This document shows positions 1 through 8,806 of a stretch of DNA of 64,000 nt, piece after piece. The stretch comes from Amoebidium appalachense. Its lineage: Eukaryota; Protista; Ichthyosporea. Location: NCBI GenBank assembly GCA_963693365.1, contig CAVNZM010000003.1:11195651-11259650 (forward strand). The letters are read 5' to 3'. Position numbers and translations under genes: made by a program. The stretch's first letter is position 1. Each line of letters begins with the position of its first letter. The notes below the pieces were generated by a model that made no database searches, had not been told where the DNA came from, and worked only from the letters and a program-made list of their open reading frames with translations.

Positions 1-4
1 TCGG

Positions 5-418
5 GTGCGCTTTGCGCTTCCCGCAGGCTGCAGTCATCAGTACCTTGCACCGTTCAAGATCGAAGAGGCTCTCAAGCGTCTGTTCGAAAGGACACGCACC
101 GAACTCCAAGGCTGCAATGACGTTCTCGGTGCCATACAGGTCGCCGCCCGTTTCCTCGGGGAGTTCCTCTACATCCACCCGTTCAGCAACGGCAACGGGC
201 GCGTCGCCCGTCTGTTGGTCAGCGTGCTGCTCTCGCCCTATATTGCCGTTCCCCTCTCGTTGTACACAGACCGCAGCTCCCGCGAGCGCTACCACTCGCT
301 GCTGCTGGCCGCGCAGAGCCAGCCGCCGCCCCACGACTACTCCGAGCTGGCGGCCTTCGTGCTGGACTGCGCAAGGGCAAACCTGGTCTCGGTGTGCAAC
401 GCCCTGGATTTGGAATGA
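5..418 (+). CDS. Fic/Fido-domain protein (C-terminal part; 5' end probably lies upstream of the window)
   Basis: HPFSNGNGRVARL matches the Fic motif HPFx(D/E)GNGR with N at the acidic position; preceded by the typical helix AARFLGEFLYI. Stop TGA overlaps the next ATG (ATGA, 415-418). Confidence 0.85.
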   Translation: MRFALPAGCSHQYLAPFKIEEALKRLFERTRTELQGCNDVLGAIQVAARFLGEFLYIHPFSNGNGRVARLLVSVLLSPYIAVPLSLYTDRSSRERYHSLLLAAQSQPPPHDYSELAAFVLDCARANLVSVCNALDLE

Positions 419-1326
419 AGCCGTCAACTCTTATCGCGCCCTACATCAACATGGACACACCCTCCCAAGCCAGGACACGTGTGCGGATCCTGCTGCCCGG
501 GGGCGGCGTCAAGGGCTGCTTCCAAGTCGGGTTCATGCAGGGGATGCTCGCGTCGGGGCTGTACCAGGTCGACAGGGTGTACGGCACGTCCGTCGGCGCG
601 CTGGTGGCGCCGTTCGTGGTTGCCGACCGCCTGGACGACCTGGCGCGCGAGCTGGGGAAGCTGAAGTGCGTGGAGGACATTGTGGAACCGTGGGGCGGCG
701 CAATGGCGCTGCTTCCGAAAAGTTGGAGGACGGTTGTGGGGTCAATGCTGTACGGGGCGGCGTACAGCCGCTTCACCCTGCAGGAGCGTGCGGCGGCGCT
801 TCTGGAGGGCATCGACGCGGACATCTACACGCGCTGCCACTGCGTTGCCTGGGACTTCCTCAACAAGAAGGAGCGGTGGTTCACAGGGCCCGAGTACCAG
901 GTCGGCATGCGTGCGTCTTCGGCCCTTCCACTCGCGGTCCCCCCCGTCGAGTACGACGGCACCGTGTTTCTGGACGGCGGGGTCTCTGAGCTGGTGCCCC
1001 TCACCAAGGCACTCGAGGATGCCGCAGATGGGTTCGACGGCATCTACGTCACGGTGCTGTGCGACTCGCTGGCGCACTGCCCCGCAGAATCCGTGCCAAA
1101 AACGGGCATGGAGCTCTGCTATGCTCTGCAGCGTGACTCGGGCACCGAGCTGGCGGCCACCGAGTTCGCCAACCTCCGCACCCGCCTCGGAGACCGCCTC
1201 GTGGTGGTCGCTCCGGAGCGGAGGCTGTTTGCGTCGCCCATGGACGTCGACCCCGGGAAGGTCGCGCAGGCGCTTGCGGATGGCCGCACGGCGTTTGCTA
1301 CCTGGGCCGCCGCGGCGCGTCAATAA
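415..1326 (+). CDS. Patatin-like phospholipase
   Basis: All three patatin motifs present: Gly-rich PGGGVKG, nucleophile elbow GTSVG (GxSxG), catalytic DGG (FLDGGV). Intronless; AATAAA overlaps the stop (1322-1327). Confidence 0.9.
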   Translation: MKPSTLIAPYINMDTPSQARTRVRILLPGGGVKGCFQVGFMQGMLASGLYQVDRVYGTSVGALVAPFVVADRLDDLARELGKLKCVEDIVEPWGGAMALLPKSWRTVVGSMLYGAAYSRFTLQERAAALLEGIDADIYTRCHCVAWDFLNKKERWFTGPEYQVGMRASSALPLAVPPVEYDGTVFLDGGVSELVPLTKALEDAADGFDGIYVTVLCDSLAHCPAESVPKTGMELCYALQRDSGTELAATEFANLRTRLGDRLVVVAPERRLFASPMDVDPGKVAQALADGRTAFATWAAAARQ

Positions 1327-1487
1327 ACCCACCCCGAGTCGGGTCCATATCTGTCGTCCTCGGTCACCCATCCGGGCCGGCTGGGGCACACGTGCCTCGC
1401 GGGCCTCGCGGGCCCCTCCCAGCCACCCAGGCCCCGCAGTGGGATCATTCTATCCAGTTTCAATATTTTCTGTCACTAGTAACGAGA

Positions 1488-2588
1488 ATGGCATCTGCTA
1501 TCGTTGACATACTCAAACATTCACACCCCAAATGTTTACACGGAAAGCGCCGAACGCGCTGCCAGCCCTGCGGAGGTTCATCAATCTGCCGGCATGATAG
1601 AGAAAAATCGCGCTGTCAGCCTTGTGGAGGTGCATCGATCTGCAGTCACGGAAGACGGAGGGAGACCTGTCGCCCCTGTAGTGGTGCATCTTTTTGCAAA
1701 CACGGAAAGCGAAAGTACCACTGCCTGCTGTGTGGAGGGGTGTCAATCTGCGGGCACAGAAAACAGAGGTCACAATGCCGACTTTGTGGTGGGGGCTCTG
1801 TTTGCGAGCACGGCAGACAGAAGACACGGTGTGGATCTTGCGGTGGGACATCAATCTGCGTACATGGCAGGCAAAAGACGCAATGCCGCCCGTGCGGCGG
1901 ATCGTCCTTTTGCAGTCACAGTAAATGGAGATCACAATGCAAGTTCTGTGGTTCTCGTCGTTTCTGTCCGGCATGCCAGCTGACAATCGTGAATAGGAAG
2001 GGAAACCTATGCGCAACGTGCGATCCACAGTCCAGTCGAAGAACCAAATGGTCGGAGGCAAGGCCGGAAATCCAAGTTCTACGCCACCTATCTAGCGCCA
2101 TAGGTGCCCCCACCAGCCACGACAAAGTGGTACCAAACGATTGTGGGGAACGCACTCGACCGGATCTGTACTATGACTTTGGGACATTTGTGCTGGTCAT
2201 CGAGGTGGACGAAGACCAACACCGTGCCTATGATACCACGTGCGAGATTGCGCGGATGTTCAACCAGGCCTCTGCGCACGAAGTGCCGACCATGTTCATC
2301 CGGTTCAACCCGCACGGATTCAAGATCAACGGCAAAACCCAGAGAACCGGCATGCAGCAGAGGCTCGACGCACTGACCGGAGCAATCCGACATCTACGGG
2401 ACACGGACCATGCAGCGCTGTTTAAGGAGGGGCGAATACGAGTTGGGTACCTGTTCTACGACTGCCACCAGGCAACCGCAGACCTGGGTGTTTTATACAG
2501 TAGGCTAGTTTCGATTGAAGACACGGACAGGCTATTAACAGCGTTTCAAGTAAAAACGAGTCCAGTGGACGAGGTCAAATCCCTGTAG
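1488..2588 (+). CDS. Cys/His-repeat (CxHxxxxxxCxxCGGxSI) protein with C-terminal PD-(D/E)xK/Vsr-like endonuclease domain, large-DNA-virus type
   Basis: About 8 tandem 18-aa repeats such as CEHGRQKTRCGSCGGTSI, followed by RPDLYYDFGTFVLVIEVDEDQH and FIRFNP. ATG at 1488; AATAAA at 2613-2618. Confidence 0.75.
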   Translation: MASAIVDILKHSHPKCLHGKRRTRCQPCGGSSICRHDREKSRCQPCGGASICSHGRRRETCRPCSGASFCKHGKRKYHCLLCGGVSICGHRKQRSQCRLCGGGSVCEHGRQKTRCGSCGGTSICVHGRQKTQCRPCGGSSFCSHSKWRSQCKFCGSRRFCPACQLTIVNRKGNLCATCDPQSSRRTKWSEARPEIQVLRHLSSAIGAPTSHDKVVPNDCGERTRPDLYYDFGTFVLVIEVDEDQHRAYDTTCEIARMFNQASAHEVPTMFIRFNPHGFKINGKTQRTGMQQRLDALTGAIRHLRDTDHAALFKEGRIRVGYLFYDCHQATADLGVLYSRLVSIEDTDRLLTAFQVKTSPVDEVKSL

Positions 2589-2640
2589 AAATAGAGCGGG
2601 CACTTTATTTACAATAAACAAATTTGGAAGACCTTTCGCC

Positions 2641-2746
2641 CCGGGTGGCTGGGGGTGGCTGGGAGGGGCCTGTGTGCACCGGTGCCCCGTCAGCCACGCG
2701 TGCCTCCTGTGCCTCGCGTGCCACCCCCAGCCACCCCCAGCCACCC
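2641..2746. terminator. GC-rich hairpin between convergent genes, next to a two-strand poly(A) signal
   Basis: cgggtggctgggggtggctggg ... cccagccacccccagccacccg are reverse complements; TTTATT (2604-2609) and AATAAA (2613-2618) lie just upstream. Confidence 0.5.
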
Positions 2747-2749
2747 GCG

Positions 2750-3010
2750 CTAGTTTCGGGTCCGATTCGGGCTCCCCGGTTCTTTGGTGTGCTGCTGCAT
2801 GTGCCGCTTGAGGCTCAAGGCATACCGAAACTGCCGCCCGCACCCCGCATGCGCGCACACGTGCCGCAGAATCCCCGCATGCCTGTCGCTGTGCGCCGCG
2901 AAGTTGCTGTTGCGGGTGGTGGAGTAGCCGCAACCGTCGACTGTGCACCGATACACCTTGTACGGGCGGACCATGATGCCTTGGGGGGTCTTGCACGTAC
3001 ACAGATACAT
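2750..3010 (-). CDS. Small C2H2 zinc-finger protein (2 fingers)
   Basis: CTVDGCGYSTTRNSNFAAHSDRH and CAHAGCGRQFRYALSLKRHMQQH; ATG at 3010 or 2974. Confidence 0.7.
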   Translation of the reverse strand: MYLCTCKTPQGIMVRPYKVYRCTVDGCGYSTTRNSNFAAHSDRHAGILRHVCAHAGCGRQFRYALSLKRHMQQHTKEPGSPNRTRN

Positions 3011-3248
3011 GGTGTTATTGAGAGGGGGAGAAAATAATTTCCAACGGCTACTGCTGCTCCGGGCTGTCCTGGGGCCGTGCGTGCCTGGCGTGCCCCTCCC
3101 AGCCACCCGGGCCCCGCGCAGGCCCGGGGTGGTCTACAACAAATCTGCTGGGCCTCGCTGTGGCACGTAGCAATTTGTTAGCTTGCCTGTATTTTTGCGA
3201 AGGATACCCTGTACCCTTTTGCGATGGTGGACCCCGGCACATAAACAC

Positions 3249-3464
3249 TCACACGCTCTCCAAGCACCTGCCGGAGGGTCCTGCCCATAATGTTGACACT
3301 AGCCTTGCTGTGGTCTCTGCCGTTTTCCTGGCACCAGACCTGGAAAACGGGTAAAAGTGATGCGGAATCAGTGATTGAGCCGTCCTTGATGTGTGGAGTG
3401 CCACCCTTATCTCGAATCGTGCTAGTCTGTCTCTGACAGATGCCTCGTCGTAGTCGGCCATCAT
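3249..3464 (-). CDS. Hypothetical protein (possibly a longer gene interrupted by an in-frame stop; the frame continues to 3048)
   Basis: ORF MMADYDEASVRDRLARFEIRVAL...; the same frame is open again directly after the TGA at 3249-3251. No motif recognised. Confidence 0.3.
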   Translation of the reverse strand: MMADYDEASVRDRLARFEIRVALHTSRTAQSLIPHHFYPFSRSGARKTAETTARLVSTLWAGPSGRCLESV

Positions 3465-3514
3465 ATAAGCCCGAGAAAAAGAAAAACCCCAAAGAGACAA
3501 GCTGCTATAACCGC

Positions 3515-3751
3515 GTGGCTATTGTGGCTACTGTGTCCACTTCTTCCCAACTCATCCCCAAACCCGAGATCTCCCTAGCAACAGCCAATCAATAGCCGCC
3601 AACCCCCAACCCCGCCCCTGATTTATTTCACTAGCCACACTAGACACAGAGAGAAAAAGTAGCCACAGTAGCCACAGAGGATCCAATGGCGCGATTTGAT
3701 TGGCTGTTGGCTCTAGCCACGATCTGGCCACTAACCACACAACAAGCCACA
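3515..3751. promoter_or_regulatory. Inverted iteron pair plus extra AGCCAC copies; candidate replication origin
   Basis: gtggctattgtggctact (3515-3532) vs agtagccacagtagccac (3658-3675); further (t/a)agccac at 3632, 3714, 3745; immediately downstream of the helicase stop. Confidence 0.4.
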
Positions 3752-3759
3752 CAAATACG

Positions 3760-5247
3760 CTACACTCCAATAAGTTTGCGGTCGAGACTATAGCAGCTTG
3801 TAAAGCCTGAAGCGGCCTTACAACCTTCAGCGCCATAGGCTATTGTGTTGACGCGGGTGCTCTTAATTTTGCCCAGGATGGCCGTAACCGCAACCCCAAA
3901 GTCACGCTGGGTGGGCCGCTTGGACTTGTCGGGGGTGTTCTGTTCCCACCAGGACTGGTAGAGTTGGAAGAGGGCAGCTGAAGTAACCCTCGCGCCGTCC
4001 TCGAACACGGGCGCATCCTCAAACACGTTCTCGCGCTTCAGCAGGTCACGCAGGAACTGCAGCTCCATCGGCCCGCTGAGGTCCTGTAGCTGCCGCTTGA
4101 GGGTGGTCATGGGGGGTGGGACACGGTTGGGGTCGGACACGGGGATCCTCATGAACCACTGGTAGAGATGCTCGAGCGCCGGGGATCCAGCTGCATACTG
4201 CTGGGACAGGGCCCTGAAATACATCTCATCGCCGACACGGATGTCGGACACCTCCATGCACGCATAGCGCCTGTCCGTGCGACTGACCGGAATGGGATGC
4301 TGTTCGTTGGACATCAGGATCCAGCGCTCGCAGGATCTGACCTTGACTGCGTCAATTCCCTTGGCCTCGTACGTCATGGTGTCGTCGGTAATAAGCGTCT
4401 TCAGATGGTTCGGTGTACGGTGACTCTTCCCGTAGGTAACCTCGTTGCACACCACCAACAACTTGAACGTTATACCGCTGTTGAAGCGGCTTGCCAGTCT
4501 GTCTTCTGTCTCGACCACGCCCACAAGGTCATCACCCAGGACATTTTGGATGATCCTTACAAATATGTTCTTGCCGGTCCCTTCGATGCTCCTCATCAGC
4601 CAAGCAGACTCGGGCTTGCGTGCGGGGTACTGGAACAGGTGCCCCAGCCACTCCAGCACGTAACGGTACAGAGACTCGTCTCCTGCACAGATGACCTCCC
4701 TGGCATGAGAAATAAAGCCCGCAAGAAGGCTCTCGTATATGACAAAAGATGGGTCATACAGGAACTGGAATCCCTGGAAGCTGTTGAATGTGCGGCTGTG
4801 GGTAGACGTGTAGCGGGGGTTGCGGACACGGGTCTTTGGGTCTGGGTCACTGGGGTCGAAGACGATACCACCGTGGTACACGACCATGTGGCTACTGTCC
4901 AGATGCCAGGAGCCCTTGTAGGTTTCCACCTTTTTGCCTGTCGGGTTGTATTTGAACTTGTACTTGGACAGCATGTCGGCCACCTTCTCCTTGGACTTGA
5001 TCTCATGGACGAATCTCCCATCCTTGAAACGCTTGAAGAGGTACACACCATCCGGGCGGGAATAAGCCACCAGTGTGCGACAGAATGCGTGGATCTGCTC
5101 CTCTGTCCATTGGTATTGCTCGACGATGTCCGCGTCCAACCAGTTGTTGCGCGTGCCTGTTGTCCGCTCAAACTCTTCGTATGTCGCTAGTTTGCGCTGC
5201 TCGTTCTCTGACATGTCCGTGGCTATCTTCATGTAGAGGTCTTCCAT
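3760..5247 (-). CDS. D5-like / superfamily 3 helicase (primase-associated helicase domain, DUF5906/NrS-1-like)
   Basis: Walker A SIEGTGKN, Walker B LVVCNE, motif C WILMSN, Arg finger DRRY, preceded by the D5_N-like segment FNSFQGF...YVLEWLGHLFQYPARKP; C-terminal winged-helix-like tail. No clear primase (AEP) motifs seen. Confidence 0.85.
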   Translation of the reverse strand: MEDLYMKIATDMSENEQRKLATYEEFERTTGTRNNWLDADIVEQYQWTEEQIHAFCRTLVAYSRPDGVYLFKRFKDGRFVHEIKSKEKVADMLSKYKFKYNPTGKKVETYKGSWHLDSSHMVVYHGGIVFDPSDPDPKTRVRNPRYTSTHSRTFNSFQGFQFLYDPSFVIYESLLAGFISHAREVICAGDESLYRYVLEWLGHLFQYPARKPESAWLMRSIEGTGKNIFVRIIQNVLGDDLVGVVETEDRLASRFNSGITFKLLVVCNEVTYGKSHRTPNHLKTLITDDTMTYEAKGIDAVKVRSCERWILMSNEQHPIPVSRTDRRYACMEVSDIRVGDEMYFRALSQQYAAGSPALEHLYQWFMRIPVSDPNRVPPPMTTLKRQLQDLSGPMELQFLRDLLKRENVFEDAPVFEDGARVTSAALFQLYQSWWEQNTPDKSKRPTQRDFGVAVTAILGKIKSTRVNTIAYGAEGCKAASGFTSCYSLDRKLIGV

Positions 5248-5298
5248 TGTAGTATGGTTAGATAATATCTGACAGGTGTCGGGTCGTGCTTGCCGTAT

Positions 5299-5736
5299 TT
5301 ATACCTGATCGGGTGCATTCGTCACCAGCTCGGGATGTTCGGCTCTAACATGGCAGTTTAGAGCATGAGACCGACTGAATCGGCACACGCATCCCACCGA
5401 CGGGCACCGGAGGGTATCCCGCACCGGCCGTGTGCGCGTCTTGTCCTCCTTGTGGACTAAACGGCGATGCCACCATAACGCGGCGGGGTACGGGAAGTCG
5501 GCAGGGCATGTGTCGCAGACATATGGCCGCTCGCCGGTATGCATTCGCACATGCAGCTTCATGTAGTCGCTGCGGGTAAAGGATGCAAAGCAGCCATCAT
5601 GGGGGCATGTGTACGGACGGGTCTGCGAGTGCGTTGTGGCACGGTGTCTTTTCATGTTGGCGTTGGTGGTGAACGTTTGGGCGCATTCGGGGCACAGAAA
5701 GACTCTCTTGGGCGGGGGTCTGCATGGTTGGTCCAT
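5299..5736 (-). CDS. C2H2 zinc-finger protein (4 fingers)
   Basis: CPECAQTF...HRATTH, CPHDGCFASFTRSDYMKLHVRMH-TGERPY-VCDTC...HRRLVH, CPSVGC...HVRAEH; ATG at 5736. Confidence 0.85.
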   Translation of the reverse strand: MDQPCRPPPKRVFLCPECAQTFTTNANMKRHRATTHSQTRPYTCPHDGCFASFTRSDYMKLHVRMHTGERPYVCDTCPADFPYPAALWWHRRLVHKEDKTRTRPVRDTLRCPSVGCVCRFSRSHALNCHVRAEHPELVTNAPDQV

Positions 5737-5887
5737 TGCTAAGGAATGGGGAGAAAATGAGTGCGGGTGTCGCTTTAGTACACGGCGGCCACAATGCCAC
5801 CAGTGGGGGGCTGTGGGGGCCATGCGTGGCACGGCAACCCGGCAACCCGTTTCTGTTTGTTTTTTTTTTTGGTGCAAGACATGAAAT

Positions 5888-6460
5888 ATGCCTGAAAACA
5901 AATGCTCCATGTGTTATAAAACATTTTCAACAAGCCAAAACTTGCAGCGCCATAGGAGGGTCCACACAGGAGAGAAGCCCTTTTCGTGTACATGGCCTGG
6001 TTGTACGGTAAGGTGTACGCAACAAGTTGGTCTGGATGCGCATATGACCATACACACCAGAATAATGAAATACGAGTGCAGTTACGAAGGGTGCAACTAC
6101 AGGTCTCCACAATCTGGACGGCTTTTACGACACACACGAAGGCACACGGGTGAGCGCCCATATGCATGCAACCACGATGAGTGTGGCGCTCGCTTTTCAT
6201 ACAGGGGTGCGCTTCTTAGGCACTTAAAGGTGCACGATTCAAGACAACAGGTGGTATGTGGTGTCACTGGATGCGGGGCGATCCTCAAGAACTCCAACGC
6301 GCTTAAATTTCATAACCGCATCCATACAGGTCAGCGCTCCTACATATGCGCTGAGGAAGGGTGCTCAAAGGCCTTCTCATGGCGTAGTGGGCTGTGGCGA
6401 CATCGAAAGGAGGTGCATAAACACAAACAACAAGATCAACCGGGCAACCAACTCGTGTGA
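5888..6460 (+). CDS. C2H2 zinc-finger protein (6 fingers, canonical TGE(K/R)P linkers)
   Basis: HTGEKPFSCTWPGC, HTGERPYACNHDEC, HTGQRSYICAEEGC; intronless; divergent from the 5299-5736 ZF gene; AATAAA at 6483. Confidence 0.9.
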   Translation: MPENKCSMCYKTFSTSQNLQRHRRVHTGEKPFSCTWPGCTVRCTQQVGLDAHMTIHTRIMKYECSYEGCNYRSPQSGRLLRHTRRHTGERPYACNHDECGARFSYRGALLRHLKVHDSRQQVVCGVTGCGAILKNSNALKFHNRIHTGQRSYICAEEGCSKAFSWRSGLWRHRKEVHKHKQQDQPGNQLV

Positions 6461-6520
6461 AGTCCGCCTGGTGCGGCCCAGGAATAAAAATTACAAACTT
6501 AACCCCCCCCCCCCCCCCCC

Positions 6521-6775
6521 CTACCACCTGTACACCAGCACGCCGGCCAGCAGCACGAGCAGCACCATGCATGCAAGCGCTATGCCCCTCCACATCGAAG
6601 CCCTCTTGAGCTGTGCATCATGGTCGTCCAATGAAGTGCCCATGTAGAGCATGAAGCGCGTGTTGTTGTCGATGGTCAGGTGGTACTCGTGCGGGTCGGC
6701 GGCAATGTCATCCCTGCGCACCCACGAGTTACTCGGGTTGTCAAATCTCAGGTTTGCAATGTTCGGTGAAGTCAT
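6521..6775 (-). CDS. Small protein with a C-terminal transmembrane helix
   Basis: MTSPNIANLRF...WRGIALACMVLLVLLAGVLVYRW; hydrophobic tail-anchor-like end. Confidence 0.55.
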   Translation of the reverse strand: MTSPNIANLRFDNPSNSWVRRDDIAADPHEYHLTIDNNTRFMLYMGTSLDDHDAQLKRASMWRGIALACMVLLVLLAGVLVYRW

Positions 6776-6855
6776 ACCTTCCAAAGAGATACTTTGGAGC
6801 GCCCCCTCCCCAGCAACTCGGGGAGCACACACAGAGATTATGCATCGCAGTGCTA

Positions 6856-7227
6856 ATGGAACCTAAAAACCGCTGGGACGTAGGGCGCGCCAAGACGGAG
6901 GACGCACTGACGAGGTACATGGACAGGGTGTGCTCGGGTGAGGATCCGGAAGGAACATGGTGGTTCACCACCATGGCCCCGGGCGGCGCAACCACCGAGG
7001 ACCTGAGCACAGCACTTGAAGATTGGGGTGAGCGCTGGCTTGACTATTTTTTCAAAGAGGTCGGCCACGTGGTGGAGGCAGCAGGGCTGCCGCTGCGCGA
7101 GGGTGTCTTTGACAGAGCCTACGGGCGCAACCGCAACCAGGAGTTCGAGGGGGTGGGTGCGGACCTTGATGAGTGGAACGAGGGGACCCCCTGGAGCAAC
7201 GCGGGCAACGTGGGGCATGCCTTATAG
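6856..7227 (+). CDS. Hypothetical acidic, Trp-rich protein
   Basis: ATG at 6856; GC-rich codon usage like the neighbouring genes; no motif recognised. Confidence 0.5.
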   Translation: MEPKNRWDVGRAKTEDALTRYMDRVCSGEDPEGTWWFTTMAPGGATTEDLSTALEDWGERWLDYFFKEVGHVVEAAGLPLREGVFDRAYGRNRNQEFEGVGADLDEWNEGTPWSNAGNVGHAL

Positions 7228-7249
7228 CAAAAAATCTTAAACAGTTTCG

Positions 7250-7333
7250 GGGTGAATATATAATGTAAATCCAACGATCCAAATAATGGTTTTGCAACTT
7301 CACATTGGGGTGAATATACAATGTAAATCCAAC
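7250..7333. repeat. 26-bp direct repeat pair between convergent genes
   Basis: gggtgaatat(a)taatgtaaatccaac near 7250 and gggtgaatatacaatgtaaatccaac near 7308. Confidence 0.7.
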
Positions 7334-7349
7334 AACAGAAATAAAAATA

Positions 7350-7487
7350 TCAATATGCTTGGCGCTTTACTCGCACACTCTGTCGGAGCACCAGTCTCCG
7401 GTATTTTGGCATGAACTCGTCTGCATACACGTACTTCCTTGCACGTCTGTGACCCCTCTTTTTGGACCGACCTCTTCGTTTTGACAT
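7350..7487 (-). CDS. Small Arg/Lys-rich basic protein (45 aa)
   Basis: MSKRRGRSKKRGHRRARKYVY...; ATG at 7487. Confidence 0.35.
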   Translation of the reverse strand: MSKRRGRSKKRGHRRARKYVYADEFMPKYRRLVLRQSVRVKRQAY

Positions 7488-7895
7488 GACGTTCACCCAA
7501 AAATTGTGGGCGACCTCTCCTAGTGAAACCACTTTCTCCGCTTACACCCTGCGGCACATTGGTTGCTGGTCCACGCACCCTCCTCGAGCTCGAGGGACAC
7601 CTTGCGCCACCCGGGCTCTGCGCGCTTGATCTCGCACGCCACCACAATGTCTCCCGGTCGCACACCTGCGGTCCACATGCTTGTGCAACAGCGCACGCTC
7701 AGCACCTCACACACCGTGTCGGGCCCACGTACACACACGCCGAAACACGCAAGCGCGCACTCGTGGTCATGCAGCGCCTCGAGAACTGGCACCTTGCGAA
7801 TGAGTGTGCGCCGACGCAGGCGGGGACTCTGGAGGGTATAAAAGCGTGTGTCTGACACGGGGAGCTGCCAGTCTGAATCTGCACCAGAACCGACC

Positions 7896-8414
7896 ATGGC
7901 TTTTGAGCAGGACCTGAAGCTATTTGTCAATCGGCTGTCGCTGCTTGTATCCAACATGACGTTCGACTCGAACGGCGCCGGGAGGGTGGCAAGCCGGCCG
8001 CTACAGCTCCACGCAAGACTCGGCAAGGGCGACACGATGCTGTCGGACACGATGCTGCCGCTGCAGTCGGTGGAAACGTCGAACAGGACTGGACTCAACC
8101 ACCTGGTGTTTTCGACGTGTCCACTGGAGGGGGCCGGGGATGCGGTGACCATCGACCTGGATTGGGGCAAGTCGTTTCGGCTGACCTGGGAGCGCTGGGA
8201 CACCACGCTGTCGCTGCTGCCACCGAGGGATCCGACGGAGGAGGAGGGCATGAGCGAGGGACGAGCTGTCCCCATGGAGGCAAAGAGAAAACGAACAACC
8301 CTTCTGCGAATCGACTTTTTGAAGGACTTCCTTTGGCATGACATGGGGTGCGACATTCTGTCGCTGCAGTTATATGAATCAGTACAGAAAAATAGGCGGC
8401 AGTGTAGAGAATAA
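7896..8414 (+). CDS. Hypothetical protein
   Basis: ATG in good Kozak context (accATGg) at 7896 with TATAAAAG at about 7837-7844; KRKR NLS-like motif near the C-terminus. Confidence 0.55.
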   Translation: MAFEQDLKLFVNRLSLLVSNMTFDSNGAGRVASRPLQLHARLGKGDTMLSDTMLPLQSVETSNRTGLNHLVFSTCPLEGAGDAVTIDLDWGKSFRLTWERWDTTLSLLPPRDPTEEEGMSEGRAVPMEAKRKRTTLLRIDFLKDFLWHDMGCDILSLQLYESVQKNRRQCRE

Positions 8415-8806
8415 TGCAGGTATCACGCAGTGCGTGTGTGTGTGCGACTGCCGGTGAAGGTGCAACTGTGCCCTGGATGGCGCAGCATGTGAATATAAGG
8501 AGGCCCACAGCCAGGGAGTCATCGGAGCACATGTCTGGTGTGCGTTGGGATTATGGTCGATAATATTGTTACAAATATGTGGGTTTGGAGTGTCCATTAG
8601 GGAGCCAGCCCTACACTCAGGATATATATATATATAAGTATAAGCAGATACACGTCACCTGAAACTTGTTGCACTGAGTAACAATAATTATCTTACTCAA
8701 GGTACTGATTCTGAGTAACACAGACAAGTGTCCCACACTAGATGTTACTCGACCAAATATGGTAAAGGTTTCCTTTTTAGGTATAAATATATGCAATTGT
8801 CATATA

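Noticed and set aside
12-1507. Long alternative-frame ORFs overlapping Fic and patatin (12-989, 680-1507, 742-1389)
   Set aside because: Shadow ORFs of GC-rich coding sequence with no motifs.
4168-5190. 340-aa plus-strand ORF
   Set aside because: Antisense shadow of the helicase gene.
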